A stretch of 33,844 nt of DNA from Hyphococcus sp. (lineage in GTDB: Bacteria > Pseudomonadota > Alphaproteobacteria > Caulobacterales > Parvularculaceae), in the NCBI GenBank assembly GCA_021604605.1, contig BQJH01000001.1, positions 1-33,844 of the forward strand, in the 5' to 3' direction. The notes below the pieces were generated by a model that had not been told where the DNA came from, searched no databases, and saw only the letters and a program-made list of their open reading frames with translations. Position numbers and translations under genes: made by a program. Shown piece by piece: positions 25,908-33,844 of the stretch (position 1 is its first letter; every line of letters begins with the position of its first letter).

Positions 25908-28355
25908 ATGAATAACCGATCGAATTTTTCTAAACTGACTGTTTCCGAGAAGGCGTGTCGCCCTAAAGCTCGCCGCAGAACCGGACGGTTATTCATGTTT
26001 GCAGCATTGGCGGCGGTCACGACTGCCTGCGCATCTCCGGAACAAAAGCTCGAACGCTATTATGAAAGTGGCCAGGAGTTTTTGGAAAAGAACGATCTTG
26101 GCAAAGCTAATATCCAATTCCGAAACGCTCTGAAGATTGACGAAGCGCATGTGCCGTCTTTGCTCGGCTTGGCTGTCATTGCGGAAGAGAAAAACGATCT
26201 GAAAGCGATGTTCGGCCTTTACCAGGGGATCGCCCGTCTCGATCCTGATAATTTGAAGGCGCACATTCAGCTTGGCAAATTATACCTGATCGGCAGTGAC
26301 GAGACCACTGCAATGGAAGAGGCTGATAAGGCGCTGACATTGGCCCCGGATAATCTGGACGCAATGTCTTTAAAAGCTGGTGTCTTGATGCGCATCGGCG
26401 ATTCTGTTCAGGCAACTGAATTGGCGCGCAAGGTTGTCGCTGTTGATCGTGCGAACCCTGAAGCCACTGTCGTTCTCGCAACAGATTTGGGTATTAAGAA
26501 TGACTTTGAAGGCGCTTTGGCTGAAATTGATAGTGCCCTTGCCATCGATCCAAAGCTAGCTGTTTTGCAGCTGTTGCGGATTCGTATTTTGGGTCAGCTC
26601 AACCGAACAGACGATATTGTCGCAAGCTACAAAAACCTTGTGGATCTTTTTCCTGAAGAGGTTGCTTATCGACGCGCCCTGGCTTCTGCTTACATTCTTG
26701 AGGGTGACCTCGATAACGCCCTTTTGCAATTGGAAGGCATGGTGGAGCTCCAGCCTGATAATCTTGACACGAAGTTAGACATCGTACGGATTGTCAAATC
26801 TAAAGACGGTGACGAAGCAGCAGAAAAACGATTGCGTGAATTTGCTGATGCTGAGAGTGACAATTTTGATCTAAAATTCGCTTTATCTGATTTTATGCGA
26901 GAGCAAAAAGCCTACACGAATGCGCTGGCGGTCGTTGAGCCCTTAATAAGATCGGAAGATCGAACCGTTGCCATGAAGGCGCTGAATAAAACAGCCGCGA
27001 TCCACATGATTAATGAACAGCGGGAACTGGCTGAACCGCTTGTCGATCAAATTCTTACAGAAGACGCGAACAATACGCAGGCGCTTTTGAAACGTGCTGG
27101 GCTTCAAATAGATGATGGGGAACTGGACGCCGCCATCGCAAATTTGCGCACGGCTGTGAATAACGAACCGGACCTGGCCGAAGCGATGGTCTTGATGAGC
27201 ACGGCTTTTGAGCGTCAGGGGAATATTCAATTTGCGAGAGCTGAACTTGCCAAAGCGTTTGATGTGAGTGAGCAAAGCGTTCGTATAGGTAGGGCTTATT
27301 CTTCCTTCCTGCTGCGCCATAATAATGTGGCGAGAGCAGAAGAAGTTCTCGAACAGGTTTTGGCCAAAAACCCACGCCACCTGGACACGTTGAAAAGACT
27401 GGCGTCTATCCGTTTACAGCAACAAGACTGGAGCGGGGCGGAAGAAATTGCTGAACTGATTGAAGATATCGGCGCCAATGGAGACGATGAAGCAGTGCGT
27501 GATATTCGTACAGTCGCGTACAGCGGCCTCGGCGAACATGATCGCATCATTGAGCTTTTGAACGATGACCGGCAAGCTGGTCCATTGGCGAGCCGCCCAC
27601 TGGCGACGTTGGTTGGCGCTTATGTGAATTCAAACCGGACCGCAGAAGCAAAAACACTTCTTGAAAACGTAATTGCATCTGATCAGGAAAATTATCCTGC
27701 CCGTATTCTTCTTGCACAAGTTGTCAGTAGCACTGGCGACCAAGCAGGTGCGGAAGATATCTTGCTGGAGGCAACTAAAGCTGACCCAACAAGAGCAACC
27801 GCTTATGAAATTCTTTATCGATACTATCTTGCGAACGGGAAAAGAGACAGCGCGGAAAGCTTAATCGATGAAGGGCTTTCTAATACGCCTGATAGTGATG
27901 CGCTGCAGTTTTATAAGGCTGATGTGTTGTTGAGTTCTGGCGCCCGCGAAGAAGCGCTCGAAATTTACGACGGACTGATCCAGCGGCGCCCGCAAGACAG
28001 GATTATCGCCAATAATTTTGTCAGCCTGATTGGCGAGCTGCGGGATGATCAGGCCAGTCTTGATCGGGCGTTGGAAGTGGCGCAGACTCTAAAAGATGAA
28101 ACGAACCCGGTTGTCATGGATACTGTCGGCTGGGCTTATTACCGTGCAGGACAGCAGGACAAAGCACTTGAATACCTGACCAAAGCAGCGGAAGGCGCGC
28201 CTGAACATCCGGAAATTCTTTATCATCTGGGGATGGCGCAATTTGCAGTAGGCGGGCAGGAAGACTGGCGCGCAACGTTGAATAAAGCCCTTGAAAAAGG
28301 CGGTGAGAATTTCCGCTACGCCCCAAGCATCCAGGCTGTTCTTGATCGCCAATAA
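25908..28355 (+). CDS. Long TPR-repeat lipoprotein (PrsT-like, exosortase/EPS-associated)
   Basis: Lipobox 'VTTAC', then 'A.IQFRNALKID', many TPR units and C-terminal 'DTVGWAYY...PEILYHLGMA'. Start uncertain (25899, 25908 or 25995). Confidence 0.87.
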   Translation: MNNRSNFSKLTVSEKACRPKARRRTGRLFMFAALAAVTTACASPEQKLERYYESGQEFLEKNDLGKANIQFRNALKIDEAHVPSLLGLAVIAEEKNDLKAMFGLYQGIARLDPDNLKAHIQLGKLYLIGSDETTAMEEADKALTLAPDNLDAMSLKAGVLMRIGDSVQATELARKVVAVDRANPEATVVLATDLGIKNDFEGALAEIDSALAIDPKLAVLQLLRIRILGQLNRTDDIVASYKNLVDLFPEEVAYRRALASAYILEGDLDNALLQLEGMVELQPDNLDTKLDIVRIVKSKDGDEAAEKRLREFADAESDNFDLKFALSDFMREQKAYTNALAVVEPLIRSEDRTVAMKALNKTAAIHMINEQRELAEPLVDQILTEDANNTQALLKRAGLQIDDGELDAAIANLRTAVNNEPDLAEAMVLMSTAFERQGNIQFARAELAKAFDVSEQSVRIGRAYSSFLLRHNNVARAEEVLEQVLAKNPRHLDTLKRLASIRLQQQDWSGAEEIAELIEDIGANGDDEAVRDIRTVAYSGLGEHDRIIELLNDDRQAGPLASRPLATLVGAYVNSNRTAEAKTLLENVIASDQENYPARILLAQVVSSTGDQAGAEDILLEATKADPTRATAYEILYRYYLANGKRDSAESLIDEGLSNTPDSDALQFYKADVLLSSGAREEALEIYDGLIQRRPQDRIIANNFVSLIGELRDDQASLDRALEVAQTLKDETNPVVMDTVGWAYYRAGQQDKALEYLTKAAEGAPEHPEILYHLGMAQFAVGGQEDWRATLNKALEKGGENFRYAPSIQAVLDRQ

Positions 28356-28417
28356 GGCTACTTAGTGAAGTGACGCCCCTTTTCGCGGGGAACTGAAATC
28401 GGTTAGGCACGACATCA

Positions 28418-30547
28418 ATGTACGAACAGTTCTTTGGTTTAAGCGAAAAGCCATTCTCCATTCAGCCTGACCCGTCCTTTTTATATTGGGGACGTACGCA
28501 CAGGCTTGCTTATGCGATGCTGGAATATGGTGTTCTCAATCACGCCGGTATTTCCGTGATCACTGGCGAGGTTGGTTGTGGGAAGACAACACTAATTCAT
28601 CGTCTTCTCGATCAACTATCGGACACCCACTCTGTTGCGCTTATTTCAAATATTCAGGAAGGCCGCGGCGATCTGTTAAGCTGGGTGCTGATGGGCTTTG
28701 GCGAACCATTTGCGGGGAAGACGCATGTAGAGTTGTTCTCCCAGCTTCAGAATTTTTTCATCAGCGAATATTCCAAAGGACGGCGCGTTGTTCTGATTAT
28801 TGACGAGGCGCAAAACCTTTCGATCGATATGCTGGAAGAGTTACGCCTTCTTTCAAATATCAATGCCGGCAAGGACCAATTGCTGCAATTGATTCTAGTT
28901 GGTCAGCCGCAGTTAAAAGGGCATTTGAATAAACCAGAACTTCTCCAGTTGGCGCAGCGGGTTGGGTCTGACTTTCATTTGACGCCGCTCAATAAAGAAG
29001 AAGTGCACGCCTATATTGATACGCGGCTGGCAATTGCGGGTTGTAAACGCCGTGTGTTTTCTGATCGTGCGATTGATCTGATTGCAGAGCAGTCTCGCGG
29101 CGTACCACGGGTTATCAATATCGTTGCCGATACGGCGCTTGTTTATGCGTTTTCTGCTGAAGAGCTGGTTGTTGGCGTCGAGACGATCAGAAACGTCATT
29201 CGGGATAAAACCGAGTTTGGCGTTTTTGGTATTGCCTCCGATGAAGATGCGGCGCCGCCGCTGAAGGCAGAAGGTGATGGCGGGATCGATTCATTTGCTG
29301 ACGGGGCCAGTAAATCCGAGGCTATCATCCGAGACGAATTTGACCGGGACGAGTCTGATCGGGGTGGTGATGAACCCGAAGATTTAACGCCGCCGCGCGA
29401 TCCCGCGCCTTTTGTGAACCCATCGCCCGAACCTACACCTGCTCGTGTGATGCCGGTGGCGGATATAAAAACACAAATTCAAAGCAAGCCTGCCGCAATC
29501 CCGGCGGCTCAATATGAGCCTGCGCCCTCGCGCCAGGAAGTGCGAGAAGAATCTGCGATTACAGGCGTTGTTGTCGTTTCCGCCCACAGAAAAATTTCAC
29601 CTGAAGCAGCTATTCGCTCAGCGGGTGACGGTCGCGCCATCGTTTTTGTTGCGATCGGCGCTGCGCCGGAAGCTGTGGCGATTGCCAAAAAAGCAGGCGC
29701 CATTGTTGTGGAAGATGATGGCCACACACTGAACACGGGTGGCCGGGCGCGCAATGCTGGTTATCGCCAGCTCAAGAAAATCGCGCCTCATGTTAAATAT
29801 GTTCAGTTCATTGATGCGGAATACGCCATCGCGCCTGACTGGATCGGCGCGGGTGAAAAATTTATGGCTCGCCGTCCGGAAGTCTCGGTCGTTGAAGGGT
29901 TTTTAAAAACCCATGACGGGTCGGACATTCAACTCGCTACTCTGCGTGATGAAAAGCGCATCCAGGATGAGGGCGAGATACAATGTGCAAATTGCGGCAC
30001 GGCTCTTGTGCGCACAGAGAACTTTGAAGCGATTGGCGGTTTTCGCGGTGACCTTACAGCAGCGGAAACTGAAGATTTGTGCATTCGGTTGCGTCGCCGA
30101 GGGGCGCGTATCTGGCGCTCTGACGCGGTCATGGCAATTTGCCGTCCAAGCCTGAAAGTGCGGCGCAATTGGTGGCGCGATCATGTGAAGCGTGGGTTTA
30201 AAAACGCTTATTCCATGTCGCTTCACGGCGGCCCGCCAGAGCGGCTTGGTGTCTATGATACGATGATGGCTATTTTCTGGGGCTTTCTTTTTCCTGTCGG
30301 AATGATCTGCGCTGCGATTGTGGCTGGCCTGACAGCAGGTGTTTTGGACATGCGGGTTTCCCCTTTAATTCTGGCGGCGGGTATTATCGCTGTTGGCGTT
30401 CTGGTCTTTGCTGCCTTGGTTGGTGTGTCGGTTCTGCGCCGGGGCATTTTCAGGCCATCTTCATGGGCAAGAGCCTTTGGCGCCGTCTTTGGGCGCATTC
30501 CAGAATTTGCCGGGGCGAGTAAAGTGTGGCTCAGCCGCAAAGCGTGA
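28418..30547 (+). CDS. ExeA-like AAA ATPase (PEP-CTERM/EPS-associated type) fused to a degenerate GT2-like domain and C-terminal TM helices
   Basis: 'MYEQFFGLSEKPFSIQPDP', Walker A GEVGCGKT (aa 50-57), Walker B 'LIIDEAQ', 'LVGQPQL', 'SRGVPRVIN'; acidic/Pro-rich linker; from aa 381 a GT2-like region ('ARNAG', 'YVQFIDAE', 'IGGF', 'LCIRLR'). Confidence 0.85.
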   Translation: MYEQFFGLSEKPFSIQPDPSFLYWGRTHRLAYAMLEYGVLNHAGISVITGEVGCGKTTLIHRLLDQLSDTHSVALISNIQEGRGDLLSWVLMGFGEPFAGKTHVELFSQLQNFFISEYSKGRRVVLIIDEAQNLSIDMLEELRLLSNINAGKDQLLQLILVGQPQLKGHLNKPELLQLAQRVGSDFHLTPLNKEEVHAYIDTRLAIAGCKRRVFSDRAIDLIAEQSRGVPRVINIVADTALVYAFSAEELVVGVETIRNVIRDKTEFGVFGIASDEDAAPPLKAEGDGGIDSFADGASKSEAIIRDEFDRDESDRGGDEPEDLTPPRDPAPFVNPSPEPTPARVMPVADIKTQIQSKPAAIPAAQYEPAPSRQEVREESAITGVVVVSAHRKISPEAAIRSAGDGRAIVFVAIGAAPEAVAIAKKAGAIVVEDDGHTLNTGGRARNAGYRQLKKIAPHVKYVQFIDAEYAIAPDWIGAGEKFMARRPEVSVVEGFLKTHDGSDIQLATLRDEKRIQDEGEIQCANCGTALVRTENFEAIGGFRGDLTAAETEDLCIRLRRRGARIWRSDAVMAICRPSLKVRRNWWRDHVKRGFKNAYSMSLHGGPPERLGVYDTMMAIFWGFLFPVGMICAAIVAGLTAGVLDMRVSPLILAAGIIAVGVLVFAALVGVSVLRRGIFRPSSWARAFGAVFGRIPEFAGASKVWLSRKA

Positions 30548-30561
30548 GAGGGCGTTCCGCC

Positions 30562-31812
30562 ATGTCACCCGCCGGACTTCAGGATGGTCAACAAAAAATG
30601 CGCGTTGCTTATTTTGTAAACCAATACCCAGGCATCTCTCATAGTTTTGTACGGCGTGAAATTCAGGCCCTTGAGCGCCAAAGCGTTGATGTTGTCCGAT
30701 ATGCTATCCGTCCGTCTAAAGATGATATCATTTCAGATGAGGATCGACTGGAATTTGAGAGAACCCGTCATATTGTCAAAGTAGGAAAGCTCTCGCTGCT
30801 CGCGACGATGTCGAAACAAATATTGACTGATCCTGTTCGGTCGGCTCAAGCTTTTCTAAAGGCTATAGGGCTGGGCTGGCGGTCCGAGGCTGGGCTGATA
30901 CGCCACCTAATGTATTTTGGTGAAGCCCTCGTGCTGGCCAGTTGGCTAAAGCAAGATGGCATACGCCATGTTCATGCGCATTTTGGCACTAACACAACCA
31001 CAATCGCCTTGTTAGCTGCGCCAATGGGGGATGCGACATTCAGTTTTACGGCGCACGGGCCAGAAGAATTTGAAAAAGCCGATCTAATTTCCTTGCGAGA
31101 AAAAATTGAAACAGCAGATTTTACTGTGGCGATTTCCAAGTTCGGCGCCAGTCAATTAAAAAAACTTTCGTCACCTGCTGTCTGGGATCGCATCAAGATT
31201 GTCCACTGCGGGATTGAGCCGGAATTTTATGAAACGCCCGGCGCGCCACACATAGACAAGCCTGTGTTCGTTTGTGTTGGACGTTTATGTGCGGAAAAAG
31301 GACAGATTGATCTTGTTAACGCCGCCTCCATTGTCGCGAAAAAATACCCCGCCCTTGAGGTCAGGCTGATTGGCGATGGCCCGATGCGTGGCGAGATAGA
31401 AAAATCTATCGAGCAAAATAACCTGGAAAGTAATGTTTCGCTTTTGGGTTGGAAAACCCCCACACAAGTGCGCAATGAAATCGTCAATGCGCGCGCGTTT
31501 GTTCTGCCAAGTTACGCAGAAGGGTTGCCCGTCTCCATCATGGAAGCGTTGTCATTGCGTCGCCCGGTGATCTCAACTTTTGTCGCTGGCATTCCAGAAT
31601 TAATTGAGACAGGCAAATGCGGTTGGTTAACCCCGGCGGGTGATGTTGAGGCGATTGCCAGCGCCATGCTTGAGGCGCTTGGGTGTGATGGCGACATGCT
31701 CTCACGGATGGGGGAGGACGGGTTGCAGCGGGTAAAATCCGCTCATGACATTGATCAAGAGGCAAGCCGATTAATTGGCCACTTCCAGCAAGCCATGGAG
31801 TCGGCCAAATGA
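30562..31812 (+). CDS. Family 4 glycosyltransferase (WcaL-like)
   Basis: 'AYFVNQYP..SHSFV.RE', 'HVHAHFG', 'VGRL..EKG', EX7E motif 'EGLPVSIME'. SD GAGAGGG before ATG 30562; 30598 is an alternative. Confidence 0.92.
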   Translation: MSPAGLQDGQQKMRVAYFVNQYPGISHSFVRREIQALERQSVDVVRYAIRPSKDDIISDEDRLEFERTRHIVKVGKLSLLATMSKQILTDPVRSAQAFLKAIGLGWRSEAGLIRHLMYFGEALVLASWLKQDGIRHVHAHFGTNTTTIALLAAPMGDATFSFTAHGPEEFEKADLISLREKIETADFTVAISKFGASQLKKLSSPAVWDRIKIVHCGIEPEFYETPGAPHIDKPVFVCVGRLCAEKGQIDLVNAASIVAKKYPALEVRLIGDGPMRGEIEKSIEQNNLESNVSLLGWKTPTQVRNEIVNARAFVLPSYAEGLPVSIMEALSLRRPVISTFVAGIPELIETGKCGWLTPAGDVEAIASAMLEALGCDGDMLSRMGEDGLQRVKSAHDIDQEASRLIGHFQQAMESAK

Positions 31813-32996
31813 CATTCATGCTCTCCATGTTTGTTTGGGGGGTAGCTCTACTCATCAGCATTCCGGTGCTGGTCTTTTGTTTGGAAGTTCTTTCGTCGTT
31901 TTTCCCTGCAAAAGAACGCCGCGAAGGCGTAGCGCCTGCTTCAGTTGCGATCATCGTACCGGCGCATAATGAAGGCGAGCATATAAAGAACACACTGGCT
32001 GACATTAAAGCCCAATTGCGCGCTTGTGATCGACTGATCGTTGTCGCCGATAATTGCTCTGACAATACGTTTGAAATAGCAGTGGCCTGCGGTGCAGAAG
32101 TGTTTGTCCGCACTGACCCGGACAGGCGCGGTAAAGGCTATGCGCTACAGTTTGCAATTGACCAGTTGCAAGCGTCGCCGCCTGAATGTGTCGTTTTTCT
32201 AGATGCGGACTGTCGGGTGGAAGAGGGTGTACTTTTGAAAATTGCGGCCATTGCCCATAGTGAAAAACGCCCCGCTCAGGCGATGTATCTGATGACCCCG
32301 CCGGAAGAGTTTCATCCGCGAACAAATGTATCGGTTTTTGCCTGGATGATGATGAACAAAGTGCGCATGACCGGTCTGCAACGAATGGCGGGGGTAACTC
32401 GCTTTACGGGCGCGGGACTGGCTGCGCCTTGGTCAGTGGTCTCAAAACTTCCCTTCGCGACGGGAGACATCACTGAAGACCTCGTGTTGACGTTTAAAAT
32501 GACGGAGCTGGGCGCCGCGCCGTTGCTTGTTTCTAGCGCTGTTGTGACTAGTGAGTTTCCCGCCGCTGATAAGGCGCGCGTGACCCAGCGCGCCCGGTGG
32601 GAACATGGTTCTCTTGGCGTAATCTTTCATCACGGGTTGCCGGCGATGTGGCGCAGTCTCAAGCAATCAAACCTCAAGCTGCTTGCTCTTTCTTTTGATG
32701 CAGTTGTTCCGCCGATCATATTGTTGGGCGCACTTTTGTTGGTGGTTGCCGGGCTATGTTTGCTTTTTTCCATGGCGGTTGGCGTTGCGCCATTTGTCTG
32801 GGTCGCAGGTGCGGCAGCTATATATATTGCCTCAATCTTGGTCGGGTGGCTGGCCTACGGGCGAGATGTCTTGCCGCCGTCTAAGTTAGGTTCCCTAGGG
32901 CCATTTCTGTTTGATAAACTCAAGATCTATGGCGATGAGGGGCGCGCCTCGACTAAAGTCTGGACACGCACCGACCGTGACGATGGTGCGCCGTAA
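31809..32996 (+). CDS. Membrane-bound family 2 glycosyltransferase
   Basis: 'VPAHNE', 'ADNCSD', 'GKG.AL', DxD 'DAD', 'TED', Q-R-x-R-W 'QRARW', with flanking TM helices. Confidence 0.92.
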   Translation: MTFMLSMFVWGVALLISIPVLVFCLEVLSSFFPAKERREGVAPASVAIIVPAHNEGEHIKNTLADIKAQLRACDRLIVVADNCSDNTFEIAVACGAEVFVRTDPDRRGKGYALQFAIDQLQASPPECVVFLDADCRVEEGVLLKIAAIAHSEKRPAQAMYLMTPPEEFHPRTNVSVFAWMMMNKVRMTGLQRMAGVTRFTGAGLAAPWSVVSKLPFATGDITEDLVLTFKMTELGAAPLLVSSAVVTSEFPAADKARVTQRARWEHGSLGVIFHHGLPAMWRSLKQSNLKLLALSFDAVVPPIILLGALLLVVAGLCLLFSMAVGVAPFVWVAGAAAIYIASILVGWLAYGRDVLPPSKLGSLGPFLFDKLKIYGDEGRASTKVWTRTDRDDGAP

Positions 32997-33129
32997 CCGC
33001 CAGGAACAAAAAACTTTTTAACCACTAGAGCGAAGCGAGAAAGTAGTTGACCGCGTGTGTTTAGTGTTTCCAAGTCCTTAATGCTGCGGTTGGTTTTTTA
33101 ATAGTATCGGCGCGGAATATAAATGAGCA

Positions 33130-33145
33130 TTAAAGTACCCCTAAC
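33130..33145 (+). promoter_or_regulatory. CtrA-like binding box upstream of the Ig-repeat gene
   Basis: TTAA-AGTACCC-CTAAC, one mismatch to TTAA-N7-TTAAC, in an AT-rich intergenic region. Confidence 0.4.
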
Positions 33146-33329
33146 GCCTGACGAGGCCTGCAATATAAAATATTGGTAATTGCTCACGATTTGAAAAATT
33201 TTATCGACCGTTGAAAGCGAATGTTTGTCACAACATTTTATTTCTTTGCCTGTTGCGCAAATGCATCTTTTGCAGCCAACATTTTTGTAAACGCCGTTGA
33301 ACAGCGGCAATGTACATGATGAGTATTGT

Positions 33330-33844
33330 ATGAGTATCGAACGTCGGCTGGCAAAAACAAATGATTTTTCTCAACTTAATAATTTGGAAGATTTATTAGC
33401 ACTGGGCCGGTCTGGTATTCTGGCGTCGTCGAAAGTCAAAGGCCGCCGCGCTCTAAAGCGCGCTGCGCGCAGTAAAGTTGCAAAAGCAGGCCTAATCGCG
33501 CCCTTATTAGCGGCTGAAGGGTGCCTGAGCCTTGGCAAGAAAGATGTGCCGCTTGCGGAAGATACTGGCGCCAGTGGCGGCGGCGCAGGCGGTTCTAATA
33601 ACGGCTCTACAGGCTCACCCGGTATTAACGCAGGCGGCGGCGGGGGTAAGTCAGCGCCTGTTGATCTGGAAGCGATGGACGATCACTTCCACACGGAAGC
33701 AGGCGCGCCGGTTAATATCGCGGCAAGCCAATTGCAAGCTAATGATATACACAGTAATACTGGACCGCTCGAATTGGTCCGAGTTTTTGACGCGGTGAAT
33801 GGTACAGTGTTTTTTGACGGCGCAATAGTTCAATTCATTCCTGA
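33330..33844 (+). CDS. 5' part of a cadherin-like / Ig-like repeat surface protein (partial, runs off the window; absent from the ORF track)
   Basis: Manual translation from ATG 33330 is open to the window end: MSIERRLAK...LIAPLLAAEGC...Gly/Ser linker...EAMDDHFHTEAGAPVNIAASQLQANDIHSNTGPLELVRVFDAVNGTVFFDGAIVQFIP. The last segment fits the A.DD...L.AND...NGTV...F.P pattern of bacterial cadherin-like/Ig repeats. In-frame TAA at 33288-33290 bounds the start. Confidence 0.82.
   Translation, partial: MSIERRLAKTNDFSQLNNLEDLLALGRSGILASSKVKGRRALKRAARSKVAKAGLIAPLLAAEGCLSLGKKDVPLAEDTGASGGGAGGSNNGSTGSPGINAGGGGGKSAPVDLEAMDDHFHTEAGAPVNIAASQLQANDIHSNTGPLELVRVFDAVNGTVFFDGAIVQFIP

Noticed and set aside
33532-33833. 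Track ORFs 33532-33798 (+) and 33651-33833 (-)
   Set aside because: They overlap the better supported open frame starting at 33330, which encodes a recognisable Ig-like repeat.
1-33844. CRISPR arrays, tRNA/rRNA genes, IS elements, prophage or defence systems
   Set aside because: No spaced direct repeats, structural RNA signatures, transposase, integrase or nuclease motifs were seen by eye; small ncRNAs cannot be excluded without an Infernal/Rfam search.

Overview
A gene-dense chromosomal window that looks alphaproteobacterial, inferred from the RpoE-ChrR module, class II DAHP synthase, VPLPA-CTERM protein and a CtrA-like box. I saw no RNA genes, CRISPR arrays or mobile elements. The left part (1-21.4 kb) is mostly housekeeping and stress genes. 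It holds the end of a KefB/KefC-type K+ antiporter, a serine hydrolase, and rpoE-chrR divergent from an RSP_1091/RSP_1090-like (UfaD/UfaO-like) pair with a recognisable RpoE promoter. These are followed by scoAB, an HxlR-SCP2 regulator facing a small secreted protein, an MBL hydrolase, DAHP synthase, a Gfo/Idh/MocA enzyme, nadE, a VPLPA-CTERM surface protein, gltX, LOG, a LysM protein and an RND pump pair. The right part (21.5-33.8 kb) is a divergently transcribed exopolysaccharide locus of the exosortase-associated type. It encodes a BY-kinase, a chain-length determinant, a WecB/TagA-STAS fusion, a TPR lipoprotein, an ExeA-like ATPase fused to an apparently inactive GT2 domain, a GT4 and a GT2. 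Back-to-back sigma54-type promoters lie between its two arms. The window ends with the 5' end of a cadherin/Ig-repeat surface protein that the ORF track missed. Best candidates for novelty: (1) the VPLPA-CTERM protein carries a Cys...QxxxW...QxLL motif set typical of Gram-positive thioester-domain (TED) covalent adhesins; (2) the ATPase/pseudo-GT2 and glycosyltransferase/STAS fusions in the EPS locus. All family calls come from motif recognition by eye; no database search was run.
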